A stretch of DNA of 64,000 nucleotides from a virus. Taxonomy: Duplodnaviria > Heunggongvirae > Uroviricota > Caudoviricetes. The stretch lies in IMG/VR virus record IMGVR_UViG_3300029590_000324; one strand, 5' to 3'. Under the pieces are notes generated by a model that made no database searches, was not told the DNA's origin, and saw only the letters and a program-made list of their open reading frames with translations. The position numbers and the translations under genes are program-made. Every line of letters starts with the position of its first letter. The stretch's first letter is position 1. Below are positions 17,301-25,990 of this stretch, piece by piece.

Positions 17301-18231
17301 CGAGGAAAAAAAGCTGGAATTCTTGGCAAGCATGAAAGAAGGAAGCTATACGGACATGTCTTGCAATACCTATATGTATAAGTTCGAAAAATTTTCCGAC
17401 ACTGAAGAGCTTCTTAAAAAAGACCTATATGATTTTAATTATAACGATTTTAAACTTTTGTTTGAGAGAAATAAAATCATTAACACCAATACCATGCTTA
17501 ACAGCAAGAGTATTATAAATAGGTATATAGAATGGGCAACCAAGATGGGATACTGTTCAATCGATACCATAAATGAACTTAAAAGAGTTATAAGCGAAGA
17601 CATAAATCCAAGATGGAAAATCATAACTGAAATGTTTGCAGACGAAAATGATTTGTTGGATTGTATCAGCAGTGTTATGATGGAACAGGATTCCTCGATG
17701 ATAATTTGGTATCAGGCTTTTTATGGTTTGTATTGGAATGGATTATGCAATGTAGAAATCTATAATCTGAAAAAATCAGACGTGCAGGGCAATCGTATAA
17801 AAGTTGGAGACGATACTATTATAGTATCAGATCGTTTTGCTGAAATAATTAATGAGTATAAGGACATGGATAGTGTCGTAATAAACGATAGTGTTATGCC
17901 ATTTGCTCAGTCTATTTATCTGATAAGAGCTAAGAATAAAAAGAATTCCCTTGGCCAGATCAACGATAATTTCCATGCTCAGCGCAGAAGAGCATGGGAC
18001 AGAATGGAGGTTGATATTGATAATAAGTATTATGGTAAAGTTCTCGTCCCCACTTGGATAATGAGATCCGGTAATTTTTATCGTGCATATCTCGACGAGC
18101 AGAAGGGAAAGGAAATCACATCAAACAATATATCGGATTATTTTAGAGTGTTTGCTATTTCAAATCAGAAAAAAATTGGTTATAGCACATATCGTGATTA
18201 TCAGAATTGGAAAAACGTTTTCTATAAATGA
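17293..18231 (+). CDS. hypothetical protein (312 aa) overlapping the DGQHR gene end
   Basis: 8-nt overlap with the upstream gene implies coupling; no clear tyrosine-recombinase R..HxxR..Y pattern. Confidence 0.5.
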   Translation: MYNEEKKLEFLASMKEGSYTDMSCNTYMYKFEKFSDTEELLKKDLYDFNYNDFKLLFERNKIINTNTMLNSKSIINRYIEWATKMGYCSIDTINELKRVISEDINPRWKIITEMFADENDLLDCISSVMMEQDSSMIIWYQAFYGLYWNGLCNVEIYNLKKSDVQGNRIKVGDDTIIVSDRFAEIINEYKDMDSVVINDSVMPFAQSIYLIRAKNKKNSLGQINDNFHAQRRRAWDRMEVDIDNKYYGKVLVPTWIMRSGNFYRAYLDEQKGKEITSNNISDYFRVFAISNQKKIGYSTYRDYQNWKNVFYK

Positions 18232-18287
18232 TCCGCTGCCTGTGATATGGCAGTACATAAAAAATTTTTAGCAACATCCACAATCGC

Positions 18288-18316
18288 TTGACAAGTTTAA
18301 ACTCATCTGATATAAT
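18288..18316 (+). promoter_or_regulatory. sigma70-type promoter upstream of tRNA-Lys
   Basis: TTGACA (18288-18293), 17 nt, TATAAT (18311-18316); upstream element CATCCACAATCGCTTGACA shared with the promoter at 41440. Confidence 0.6.
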
Positions 18317-18532
18317 ATAAATACAGTCAAGGGAGAACGGTTCAGAAATGAGCCGTTATTCCAAGAAGCCCAAAACATATTGGATATAATGAACAATCTT
18401 TCCTCAACTCTTGATGGGGCTGCTGGGTGGAATATCGGAGATGTTATTTAACCTGTAACTGTAAGTTACAAAAATGTTCATAATTATATTTTTGTCAGGT
18501 ATAAATTGCAAAATCAAAGTATGAAAAATTAT

Positions 18533-18608
18533 GAGTCATTAGCTCAGTCGGTAGAGCAGTAGTCTTTTAAACTATTGGTCTGGGGTTCAAATCCCCAATG
18601 GCTCACCA
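18533..18608 (+). tRNA. tRNA-Lys (anticodon TTT)
   Basis: Cloverleaf folded by hand: acceptor GAGTCAT/ATGGCTC, D arm GCTC..GAGC, anticodon stem GTAGT/ACTAT with loop CTTTTAA, T arm TGGGGTTCAAATCCCCA, encoded CCA. Confidence 0.75.
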
Positions 18609-18690
18609 AATATATGTTTTTTATACTATTATTCATTGGTGCGAAAACATATTGGATATTTTACAATTTAAAAATTAAGGAGGAGTCATC

Positions 18691-19347
18691 ATGACCAACG
18701 AAAAAATGACAATCACAAAGGCACTTTCCGAGCTGAAGGTGCTCGGTAACAGAATCACAGCAGAGATTCGCAGTGCGACATTCTGTAACGTAAGCAAGCA
18801 TACAATGCGCACGCTAAACGGCAAAAATATCACTGACGTAAAGGCAGAGATGCAGGGCAGCTATGATAAAATAGTCGCTCTCATCAACAGGAATAATGCC
18901 ATCAAGAAAGCAGTGAATAAGGCAAACGCTTCCACAATCGTATCTATCGGTGGAGAGCAAATGACTGTCGCCGAAGCTATTTATATGAAGCAGACGGGTA
19001 TTGATTATATGAAGGCTCTGCTCAATACCATGACAACTCAATATACAAATACACAGAGCCTGCTCCAGAATAATAATGGAGAAAAGTTAACAAGGGCTTG
19101 TGAGGCCTATATCGTTAGCCTTTATGGAACAAACAGCAGCAATAACACTATTTCCAGCGAAATGGTGGAGACCATAAATGCGGCAAGAGCGAAATATATT
19201 GATGAGAATACTTTTGATCTCATCGAAGGTATTGATACAAAAAAAGCAATCGAAGATCTGAAGAATAAGATCGACGCTTTCGAAGCTGAGGTGGATGCAG
19301 CCATTACAGTGGCAAATGCAACCACCGAAATTGAAATCAGTTACTGA
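18691..19347 (+). CDS. hypothetical protein (218 aa)
   Basis: AAGGAGGAG RBS; perfect hairpin TGATTAAgTTAATCA directly at the stop codon. Confidence 0.55.
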   Translation: MTNEKMTITKALSELKVLGNRITAEIRSATFCNVSKHTMRTLNGKNITDVKAEMQGSYDKIVALINRNNAIKKAVNKANASTIVSIGGEQMTVAEAIYMKQTGIDYMKALLNTMTTQYTNTQSLLQNNNGEKLTRACEAYIVSLYGTNSSNNTISSEMVETINAARAKYIDENTFDLIEGIDTKKAIEDLKNKIDAFEAEVDAAITVANATTEIEISY

Positions 19348-19504
19348 TTAAGTTAATCATCCATCGTCAACCGAAAATACTTAACTGGTTTCAACTGAAC
19401 ATCAACAGTCTAAAATGATGAACAAAACAATTTGAAACTGCAAAAGCTTTCAAATGCTAAAGATATTATTCAGATAAGAATATCGAGTATTTATGATGTT
19501 TTCG

Positions 19505-19680
19505 GGCAGAGTTTAAAGTTCGAATAATAGCTGAAAGTTTAAAATTCAAAGCTTAATTGTTTTAAACATTAAAGTTCAGAATTTATGGTAGCAGACGTGC
19601 GTACTTGATGGCAGACTTGCTGCACTTCAAAGTTCAAATTGTAAATTGTAAATCATAAAGTTCATAGAAATCCCCGATAT
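19505..19680. repeat. five direct copies of AAAGTTCA(R)AAT-like motif in a non-coding AT-rich region
   Basis: TTAAAGTTCGAATAAT, GAAAGTTTAAAATTCAAAG, TTAAAGTTCAGAATTTAT, TTCAAAGTTCAAATTG, ATAAAGTTCATAGAAAT; also GCAGAC(G/T)TGC repeated twice. Confidence 0.5.
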
Positions 19681-19819
19681 AGGTTAAAGCGGCGAATCCA
19701 TCGGCTGTGTGTGATCCTCGGGGCTGGTTGATGGTGGATAAACATTTATATACCCCCTACGATGGCAAGCTCCTCTTAGCGTTGAAGATCTCATGTGCAG
19801 TACGTCAAGCTGCACGAAT

Positions 19820-19915
19820 GCAACAATAAGCCTAATTTGGTAAGGCAGGAGGTTGCTAACCTCTGAGTAATCATCGTATGATGGTGTTCGAGTTCGAGTC
19901 TCGGTTGTTGCGCCA
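19820..19915 (+). tRNA. tRNA-Ser (anticodon GCT), class II with long variable arm
   Basis: Acceptor GCAACAA/TTGTTGC perfect; 3-bp D stem; anticodon stem GGAGG/CCTCT with loop TTGCTAA; 23-nt variable arm; T arm TCGAG-TTCGAGT-CTCGG; discriminator G; encoded CCA. Confidence 0.7.
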
Positions 19916-20106
19916 ACGGAATTAGTGTAATTAAAAAAAATAAATAATTGGTAAAATGAAATCTGAAGCGAACCACTGTGCAAGTACCTTTATTCATGAG
20001 ATTGGGGAAAAGTAGTAGCAAAGAGCCAATTACATAACGCCGGTCTTCCACCCCGGAATTGTTGGTTATACTCCAATCACTAAATCCTTTTTTATTTATT
20101 ATTTGA

Positions 20107-20182
20107 TGGGATATCGCCAAGAGGGAAGGCAGTAGATTTTGACTCTACCATTCCGTGTGTTCGAATCACACTATCCCAACCA
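20107..20182 (+). tRNA. tRNA-Gln (anticodon TTG)
   Basis: Acceptor TGGGATA/TATCCCA (U1-A72); anticodon stem GTAGA/TCTAC with loop TTTTGAC; T arm GTGTG-TTCGAAT-CACAC; encoded CCA. Confidence 0.65.
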
Positions 20183-20931
20183 ATATCCATACCCTCTTAG
20201 TCAAGGAGTTAAGACGTCGTTAAAACGAAGGCATTGGGTGCAAATCCCGTAGATGGATATGGATACAACAATAAAGCACCCTACACCTTAACATAATCTC
20301 GGAGCAGTACGCATAATCGAAGGTCGGTCAGGGTGCATATATGAGCCGTTGCTTGGGGTAAGTACCCGAGCGGCTCACCAATGATACCGATAAGCAGATG
20401 CAGACTGAAGCTTGTAGGTGAAAACTCAGTGGCCAAGGTCATCTGTGCTGCATAACAGATGATAGCAAGGGGTAAAACGTGGCGGAGATTATCTTAGTGT
20501 CACCCTTGTAACTGTAAAATCCACATCAGCTTGCGGTATGGCGATATAGCTGTCTGAGTGGTTGAGGTTCGGACATTACCGATTCCGATATAAGACCGCA
20601 CGGGTGCTCCGCTGCCCATTATGATTTAAACGCGGCCTTTAGTTCCTGATAAGATCGACTCCCTGACGAGGGATAGGTCTGGCAAGTTTAAATACAGCTT
20701 CGGCTTATTGGAGACGCCTACGGGTGCAGAAGCCAGAACTCACAAGATAACGTTAAAACAGAAATGTGAAAAACAGGTTTTGCAGGGGTTCCTTAATACC
20801 GCCGTATAGAGGGTGTGATGAGCAAGGATCCAGCTCGTTGCGCAACATAAGAAATGTTGTCACGCCGTAAGACCCGAATCGGCAGATGTCGAAGCTGGAC
20901 ATCGTGGCAGCCCGGAAAGACGGGCACATAA

Positions 20932-21008
20932 CTCCCAGTAGTCCAGAGGCAGGAGACAAGGGACTTAAAATCCCTACAGGATGGGTTCGAATCCCATCTG
21001 GGAGACCA
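20932..21008 (+). tRNA. tRNA with anticodon TAA (Leu by anticodon) but class I architecture with a short variable loop
   Basis: Acceptor CTCCCAG/CTGGGAG; anticodon stem AGGGA/TCCCT with loop CTTAAAA; 5-nt variable loop; T arm ATGGG-TTCGAAT-CCCAT; discriminator A; encoded CCA. Confidence 0.6.
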
Positions 21009-21012
21009 ACAT

Positions 21013-21095
21013 GCGGGTGTGGTGAAATTGGCAGACACGATAGACTTAGGATCTATTGCGCAAGCGTGCAGGTTCAAGTCCTGTCACCCGCACCA
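21013..21095 (+). tRNA. tRNA-Leu (anticodon TAG), long variable arm
   Basis: Acceptor GCGGGTG/CACCCGC; anticodon stem ATAGA/TCTAT with loop CTTAGGA; variable hairpin TGCGCAAGCGTG; T arm GCAGG-TTCAAGT-CCTGT; discriminator A; encoded CCA. Confidence 0.7.
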
Positions 21096-21142
21096 GATGT
21101 TAATAATAGCTAACGTCAGTTGCTATATTATTAACGAAATAT

Positions 21143-21227
21143 GCGAGAGTGCTGGAATAGGCAGACAGAGCAGTCTCAAAAACTGCTGCAAGAATGCGTG
21201 TGGGTTCGAAGCCCATCTCTCGTACCA
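21143..21227 (+). tRNA. tRNA-Leu (anticodon CAA), long variable arm
   Basis: Acceptor GCGAGAG/CTCTCGT; anticodon stem GCAGT/ACTGC with loop CTCAAAA; long variable arm; T arm GTGGG-TTCGAAG-CCCAT; discriminator A; encoded CCA. Confidence 0.7.
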
Positions 21228-21289
21228 AAATAGCGTAGAAATATTGGATATGGAGGTTATTGCAATGTTAAAACTTGAAATAAAATAAA

Positions 21290-22600
21290 CCAGCCGCAAT
21301 CCCATTGGCTTTAGACGATGGGTTAAGCTCGCTGTGATATAACAGTGATGTAGAAAGGCGGTAACAAACCAATGTTTAAATCATTCAAATATAGGCTTTA
21401 TCCAAATAAAACACAAGAAATACAAATTCAGAAAACATTCGGTTGTTGTAGATTTGTTTATAATCAGACGCTTGCTTATAGGAAAAATCTTTATGAAGCA
21501 GAAAAGAAATCTATAAACAAGATAGGTTGTAACAACTATGTTAATCAAGTTCTTAAAAAAGAATATGAATGGCTTAAAGAGGTAGACAAATTTGCTCTTA
21601 CTAATTCTGTTTATAATATGGATAGCGCATATCAGAAATTTTTCAAAGAACATTCTGGTTATCCTAAATTCAAAAGTAAGAAGAATAATCATAAATCTTA
21701 TTCTACTAACAGTACAAACAACAACATAGAGGTTGATTTCGAGAAGAACAGAATTAAGCTTCCAAAACTTAAATGGGTAAAAGCAAAAGTTCATAGAGTA
21801 TTTGTTGGTATAATTAAATCTGCAACTTTATCTCAAACGCCAAGTGGCAAGTATTTTATTTCTATTCTTGTAAATTGTGAGAATTTTCAGATGAAGTCTA
21901 CTGGTGCTATGGTTGGTATTGATTTAGGTATCAAGGATTTAGTCATCACATCTGATGGTGAAAAGTTTGAAAACTCCAAAACTCTTTACAAGTATGAAAA
22001 GAAACTTGTAAAGGAGCAAAGAAAACTTGCTAAAAAGACAAAGGGTAGCAATAATAGGAACAAACAGCGTATTAAAGTCGCAAGACTGTATGAGAAGATA
22101 ACAAATATCCGTGTTGATAATTTGCATAAAATTTCTCACAAACTAATTCAGGAAAACCAACTGATAGTGAGTGAGGACTTAAAAATTAGCAATATGGTTA
22201 AAAATCATAATCTTGCAAAGAGTATTTCTGATTGTAGTTGGTATGAACTTACAAGGCAGTTACAGTACAAGGTTCACTGGAATGGTAGACAGTATATCAA
22301 GATTGATACTTACTTTCCAAGTAGTCAGACTTGTAGTGTATGTGGGTATATTAATAAGGAAACTAAGGATTTATCTGTAAGAGAGTGGACTTGTCCTTGT
22401 TGTAATACACGTCACGACAGAGATATAAACGCTGCTATAAATATTTTGTATGAAGGATTAAGGCTGATTAAATCAGCCTAAATAATAATGTAGTACGGTA
22501 GGAACTATCGGAATTTACGCTTGTGAAGTTAGTAGGTTACGAGGACGATGAAGCAAGAAGCCGACTGGCTTTAGACGGTCGGTAGTTCACAAGCAGTATT
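21290..22600 (+). mobile_element. IS200/IS605-family element carrying only tnpB (IS1341-like), with subterminal hairpins
   Basis: Left hairpin CCCATTGGCTTTAGACGATGGG (21301-21322) and right hairpin CCGACTGGCTTTAGACGGTCGG (22561-22582) share the loop TGGCTTTAGACG and flank the tnpB ORF; boundaries approximate. Confidence 0.5.
21372..22481 (+). CDS. tnpB: TnpB (IS605 OrfB-family RNA-guided nuclease-like transposase accessory protein)
   Basis: N-terminal [16 protein letters not shown] typical of OrfB; C-terminal RuvC-like region with zinc finger CSVCGY..CPCCN; 369 aa. Confidence 0.8.
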   Translation: MFKSFKYRLYPNKTQEIQIQKTFGCCRFVYNQTLAYRKNLYEAEKKSINKIGCNNYVNQVLKKEYEWLKEVDKFALTNSVYNMDSAYQKFFKEHSGYPKFKSKKNNHKSYSTNSTNNNIEVDFEKNRIKLPKLKWVKAKVHRVFVGIIKSATLSQTPSGKYFISILVNCENFQMKSTGAMVGIDLGIKDLVITSDGEKFENSKTLYKYEKKLVKEQRKLAKKTKGSNNRNKQRIKVARLYEKITNIRVDNLHKISHKLIQENQLIVSEDLKISNMVKNHNLAKSISDCSWYELTRQLQYKVHWNGRQYIKIDTYFPSSQTCSVCGYINKETKDLSVREWTCPCCNTRHDRDINAAINILYEGLRLIKSA

Positions 22601-22822
22601 CAATTCTGTTTGATTGGGTTGGAGATTGTGATGAAGTCAACTGTGCCCAGAGTTCATCGTTCACCCATAGTGGCGATTTACATATACAAATCAAATCATA
22701 AGGAGAGATGGTTGTGAAATCCATCAAGGTAATCTTTTACAGTATTTGCCGTACAGCTGCTTAATTCTTTTGGCTGTGCGGCTAAAATTGACCCCAAAAC
22801 ATATTAGAAAGGATAACTGCAA

Positions 22823-23131
22823 ATGACAAATAATTATAATGCTTCGAATTATGCCAAAGGCTCCGATGGTGCAAAGCTGAATGACGAAAATCTTAAGGAA
22901 ATGAATGCTTCCGGTAAGTGTAATACTTGTAAATATTTTCAGTTCAGAGGTTACAAATGTACGAAGAAGACTGAGGAAGGCAATTTTGTTCGTTCTGCCA
23001 TGATGCCAATTACATATACCGAAACAACTTCAAAGGGCAATTTTATCAACGTGTTAAAGCCCTCTTCTTGCAAGGATTATGAGAGTAAGGGTAAGCGCAA
23101 GATTGAAAAGACAGAGGAGGCGGCCGAATGA
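22823..23131 (+). CDS. Cys-containing hypothetical protein (102 aa)
   Basis: ORF after the IS right end; weak RBS. Confidence 0.4.
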   Translation: MTNNYNASNYAKGSDGAKLNDENLKEMNASGKCNTCKYFQFRGYKCTKKTEEGNFVRSAMMPITYTETTSKGNFINVLKPSSCKDYESKGKRKIEKTEEAAE

Positions 23132-23700
23132 AACTTCTCGTAGTGGTTGATATGCAGAATGACTTTATCGATGGGTCTCTCGGTTCTGATGCAGCACAGG
23201 CAATCGTTCCTAATGTAGTTGAAAAAATCAAATCTGCTGATAAAAACACGGCAATTTTATTCACAAAAGATACTCATTATAACGATTATGCTGAAACTCT
23301 TGAGGGGAGAAAACTTCCTGTTCAGCACTGTCTCGCTCGTTCTTTCGGCTGGATGATAAATGATGATGTCGCTGACGCATGGTATCACTCCAATACATAT
23401 GCAATATTGGAGCCCGAAGTCAGAGAAGGGAACATCGTTCTTAAGAACACATTTGGCAGTACCCAGCTTATGAGTTTACTTATTCGTGAAGGTAAAATGT
23501 TCGACGAAATTGAATTTATCGGGCTGGACACCGATATCTGTGTTGTATCCAATGCCCTCATGGTGAGAGCTGCACTTCCTGATATGCCAATCGTTGTTGA
23601 CGCCTCCTGTTGTGCCGGATCAACACCTGAAAAGCATAAGGCGGCACTCGAAGTTATGAAGAGCTGTCAGATTGATATCATAAACGAGAGCGAGGTATAA
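23128..23700 (+). CDS. pncA: nicotinamidase (isochorismatase family)
   Basis: VVVDMQNDF (catalytic Asp), TKDTH..PVQHCL (metal-binding His pattern as in PncA WPxHCV), GLDTDICV (catalytic Cys). Confidence 0.7.
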   Translation: MKLLVVVDMQNDFIDGSLGSDAAQAIVPNVVEKIKSADKNTAILFTKDTHYNDYAETLEGRKLPVQHCLARSFGWMINDDVADAWYHSNTYAILEPEVREGNIVLKNTFGSTQLMSLLIREGKMFDEIEFIGLDTDICVVSNALMVRAALPDMPIVVDASCCAGSTPEKHKAALEVMKSCQIDIINESEV

Positions 23701-23702
23701 CT

Positions 23703-24527
23703 ATGATTTACATAAATAATGCACCTTTTGGAGATAAAAGTTTTCCTAATGGTGAAACCATTTTTGATATGGGAACTTATTATGTCAAGGATGCAGTAAA
23801 TGAAATCAAGCTTGTATATGAATCGGACGCTGATATCTTTAAGCTCATTGTGGCCAAGAAGTGTCTTGATGAACAGTCAAAGGAAAACAGAGTTGATTAC
23901 GGTTGGGATGAAGCAATCATAACTCTGACCATTGCATATATGCCATATTCAAGAATGGATAGGCAGATGTCTTCAATGGCGTTCAGCCTCAGATATGTTG
24001 CCGATATCATCAATTCTCTTAATTTTGATTCGGTAACAATACTTACACCTCACTCCAATGTAACTCCGGCACTTATTAACAATGTCAGAACCATATACGA
24101 TATCGGCGTTAATGAGGCATATAAATACAGTTCCCCCGATTACGTATTCTATCCCGACAACGGAGCCTGCAAGTCGTTTGGAGAACATCTCAAATATACT
24201 AATTACTTTTACGGTAACAAGAAGCGTGAGCTTTCAACCGGAAAGATTGAAAAGTATGAGCTGGTTAATGCCCCCGATATTAAGGACAAAAACATTCTGA
24301 TAATCGATGACCTTTGTGTTAAGGGCGGCACATTTATTCTTGCAGCTCAGGCTCTTAAAGCGGCAGGTGCAGCCAAGGTAGATTTGTTTGTAACTCATCT
24401 TGAAAAGGCTGTGTATAAAGGAATACTGCTCACGACAGACTGGATTGATCATATCTATACAGTCAATACACTGGAAATCCCCATTGAAAACGACAAAATA
24501 ACAGAAATAAGAGGTAATTTCATATGA
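23703..24527 (+). CDS. ribose-phosphate pyrophosphokinase (Prs)-family protein; candidate ADP-ribose pyrophosphokinase (Adps-like)
   Basis: IAYMPYSRMDRQ resembles Prs IPYFGYARQDRR; PRPP-binding loop IIDDLCVKGGT resembles VLVDDMIDTAGT; stop overlaps the NAMPT-like gene start. Confidence 0.6.
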   Translation: MIYINNAPFGDKSFPNGETIFDMGTYYVKDAVNEIKLVYESDADIFKLIVAKKCLDEQSKENRVDYGWDEAIITLTIAYMPYSRMDRQMSSMAFSLRYVADIINSLNFDSVTILTPHSNVTPALINNVRTIYDIGVNEAYKYSSPDYVFYPDNGACKSFGEHLKYTNYFYGNKKRELSTGKIEKYELVNAPDIKDKNILIIDDLCVKGGTFILAAQALKAAGAAKVDLFVTHLEKAVYKGILLTTDWIDHIYTVNTLEIPIENDKITEIRGNFI

Positions 24528-25990
24528 ATGAAATAATGCCAATGCTTCTTTGTGATTTTTACAAAGAGTGTATGATGGTTCAGCAGAGCCCTAAGCTCAC
24601 TAAGCTCGTATCCTATATGACACCAAGAATGTCCAGAGTACACGATGACAAACTCGTCTTCTTCGGACTTCAGGCGTTTATCGAGAAGTATCTTGTGGAA
24701 TATTTCAATAACGAATTTTTCAATAAGCCTGTCGATGAGGTCTGCGCCGAGTATGAAAGAGTTCTCGGCAGCACTCTCGGCAAGGGTACATATGATACCG
24801 CAAAAATCAGAGCTCTTCACGAGCTGGGCTATTTGCCTGTTAAGATATCGGCACTTCCCGAGGGAACCCGTGTCCCCATGCACGTTCCTATGCTGGAAAT
24901 AAGCAGCACACACCCTGATTTTATATGGGTCGGACAGTTCCTTGAAAGTCTTATGAGTGCTTCACTCTGGCATCCAATGGTGTCTGCAAATGTGGGTTAT
25001 TGGTATCGTCAGATCGTTGATAAGTTCTACGACATCAGCGTTGAAGATGACGTGCCCAGAGCCAAGGCTCTCGGAGACTTTTCATTCAGAGGTCAGCATA
25101 GTCTTGAAAGTGCGACTGCCTCTTCTGCCGGTTGGTGTACTTCGTTTCTGAATACAGCGACAGTACCCGCAATTCCTTGGCTGGAAAAATATTATCACTG
25201 CGATTGTACCAAGGAGCCCGTAGCTTACGGGGCGGTATCAACCGAACATTCAGTGATGACCAGCAACTTCTCTATCGACGGCGATGAGATTACATTTCTC
25301 CGTAAGCTGCTGACTGAGCTTTATCCCAATAACAGTTTCAGTGTAGTATGCGATTCTTATGATTACTGGAATGTAGTCAATAATATTTTGCCTCAGCTAA
25401 AGCCTGAAATTATGGCTCACAACGGCTGTATGCTGATAAGAGGGGACAGCGGAGACCCTGTTGAGATAGTGACCGAAACTGTGTTTGCACTCTGGGAAGA
25501 ATTCGGCGGAACAGTCAACAGCAAGGGTTATAAGGTACTCGACCCTCACGTTAAGGCGATTTACGGGGACAGTATCACCGTTCAGCGCTGTCAGCAGATA
25601 TACCAGAGGCTCATTGACAACGGTTTTGCCTGCAATAATGTAATCCTCGGTGTCGGCAGCTTCTCAATGATGTGCGTTGAAGAGGACAATATGCTCAAGC
25701 CTTTTACCCGTGATACATATTCAATAGCTATTAAGGCGACTTATGGTGAGGTAGATGGTAAGCCCATAATGATTTTTAAGAATCCCAAGACAGATACGGG
25801 ATTCAAGAAGTCCCAGAAGGGTATGTGCTTTATCTATAAAGAGCACGGCGAGATAAAGTATCAGGACGGCTTTACAGCTGAGACAGTTCCTGTCAATGGC
25901 TTGTTCCGCACAGTGTTCGAGGATGGTAAATGCTATAATACTCAGACGCTTGCTGACGTTCGTAATACGCTTTACGAAGGAGGATTCTGA
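24524..25990 (+). CDS. nicotinamide phosphoribosyltransferase (NAMPT/NadV) family enzyme; candidate Namat-like
   Basis: Several blocks align with human NAMPT: ALPEGTRVP~AVPEGFVIP, LGDFSFRGQHSLESA~LHDFGYRGVSSQETA, SVVCDSYDYWN~SVVSDSYDIYN, LIRGDSGDP~IIRPDSGNP, NSKGYKVLDPHVKAIYGDSI~[20 protein letters not shown]. Confidence 0.85.
   Translation: MNEIMPMLLCDFYKECMMVQQSPKLTKLVSYMTPRMSRVHDDKLVFFGLQAFIEKYLVEYFNNEFFNKPVDEVCAEYERVLGSTLGKGTYDTAKIRALHELGYLPVKISALPEGTRVPMHVPMLEISSTHPDFIWVGQFLESLMSASLWHPMVSANVGYWYRQIVDKFYDISVEDDVPRAKALGDFSFRGQHSLESATASSAGWCTSFLNTATVPAIPWLEKYYHCDCTKEPVAYGAVSTEHSVMTSNFSIDGDEITFLRKLLTELYPNNSFSVVCDSYDYWNVVNNILPQLKPEIMAHNGCMLIRGDSGDPVEIVTETVFALWEEFGGTVNSKGYKVLDPHVKAIYGDSITVQRCQQIYQRLIDNGFACNNVILGVGSFSMMCVEEDNMLKPFTRDTYSIAIKATYGEVDGKPIMIFKNPKTDTGFKKSQKGMCFIYKEHGEIKYQDGFTAETVPVNGLFRTVFEDGKCYNTQTLADVRNTLYEGGF

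Noticed and set aside
17293-18231. Calling the 312-aa protein a tyrosine integrase
   Set aside because: No R...HxxR...Y catalytic tetrad could be aligned. Only vague resemblance to integrase N-terminal regions.
20185-20268. Possible additional tRNA starting ATCCATA..TATGGAT
   Set aside because: Acceptor-like complementarity exists, but no acceptable D, anticodon or T arms could be folded on either strand. Left as part of the unresolved structured region.
20183-20931. tmRNA, RNase P RNA or group I intron assignment for the ORF-free region
   Set aside because: Hallmark sequences (GGAAAGTCC P4 of RNase P, the tmRNA tag ORF plus GGTTCGA..CCACCA end, group I P/Q/R/S boxes) were not seen. The identity remains open and is reported as a finding instead.
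19684-21305. ORFs 19684-19983(-), 19791-20120(-), 20753-20959(-), 20793-21077(-), 20886-21113(+), 21019-21288(+), 21123-21305(-)
   Set aside because: They overlap hand-folded tRNA genes or the structured non-coding region, lack RBSs and have unusual composition; treated as spurious.
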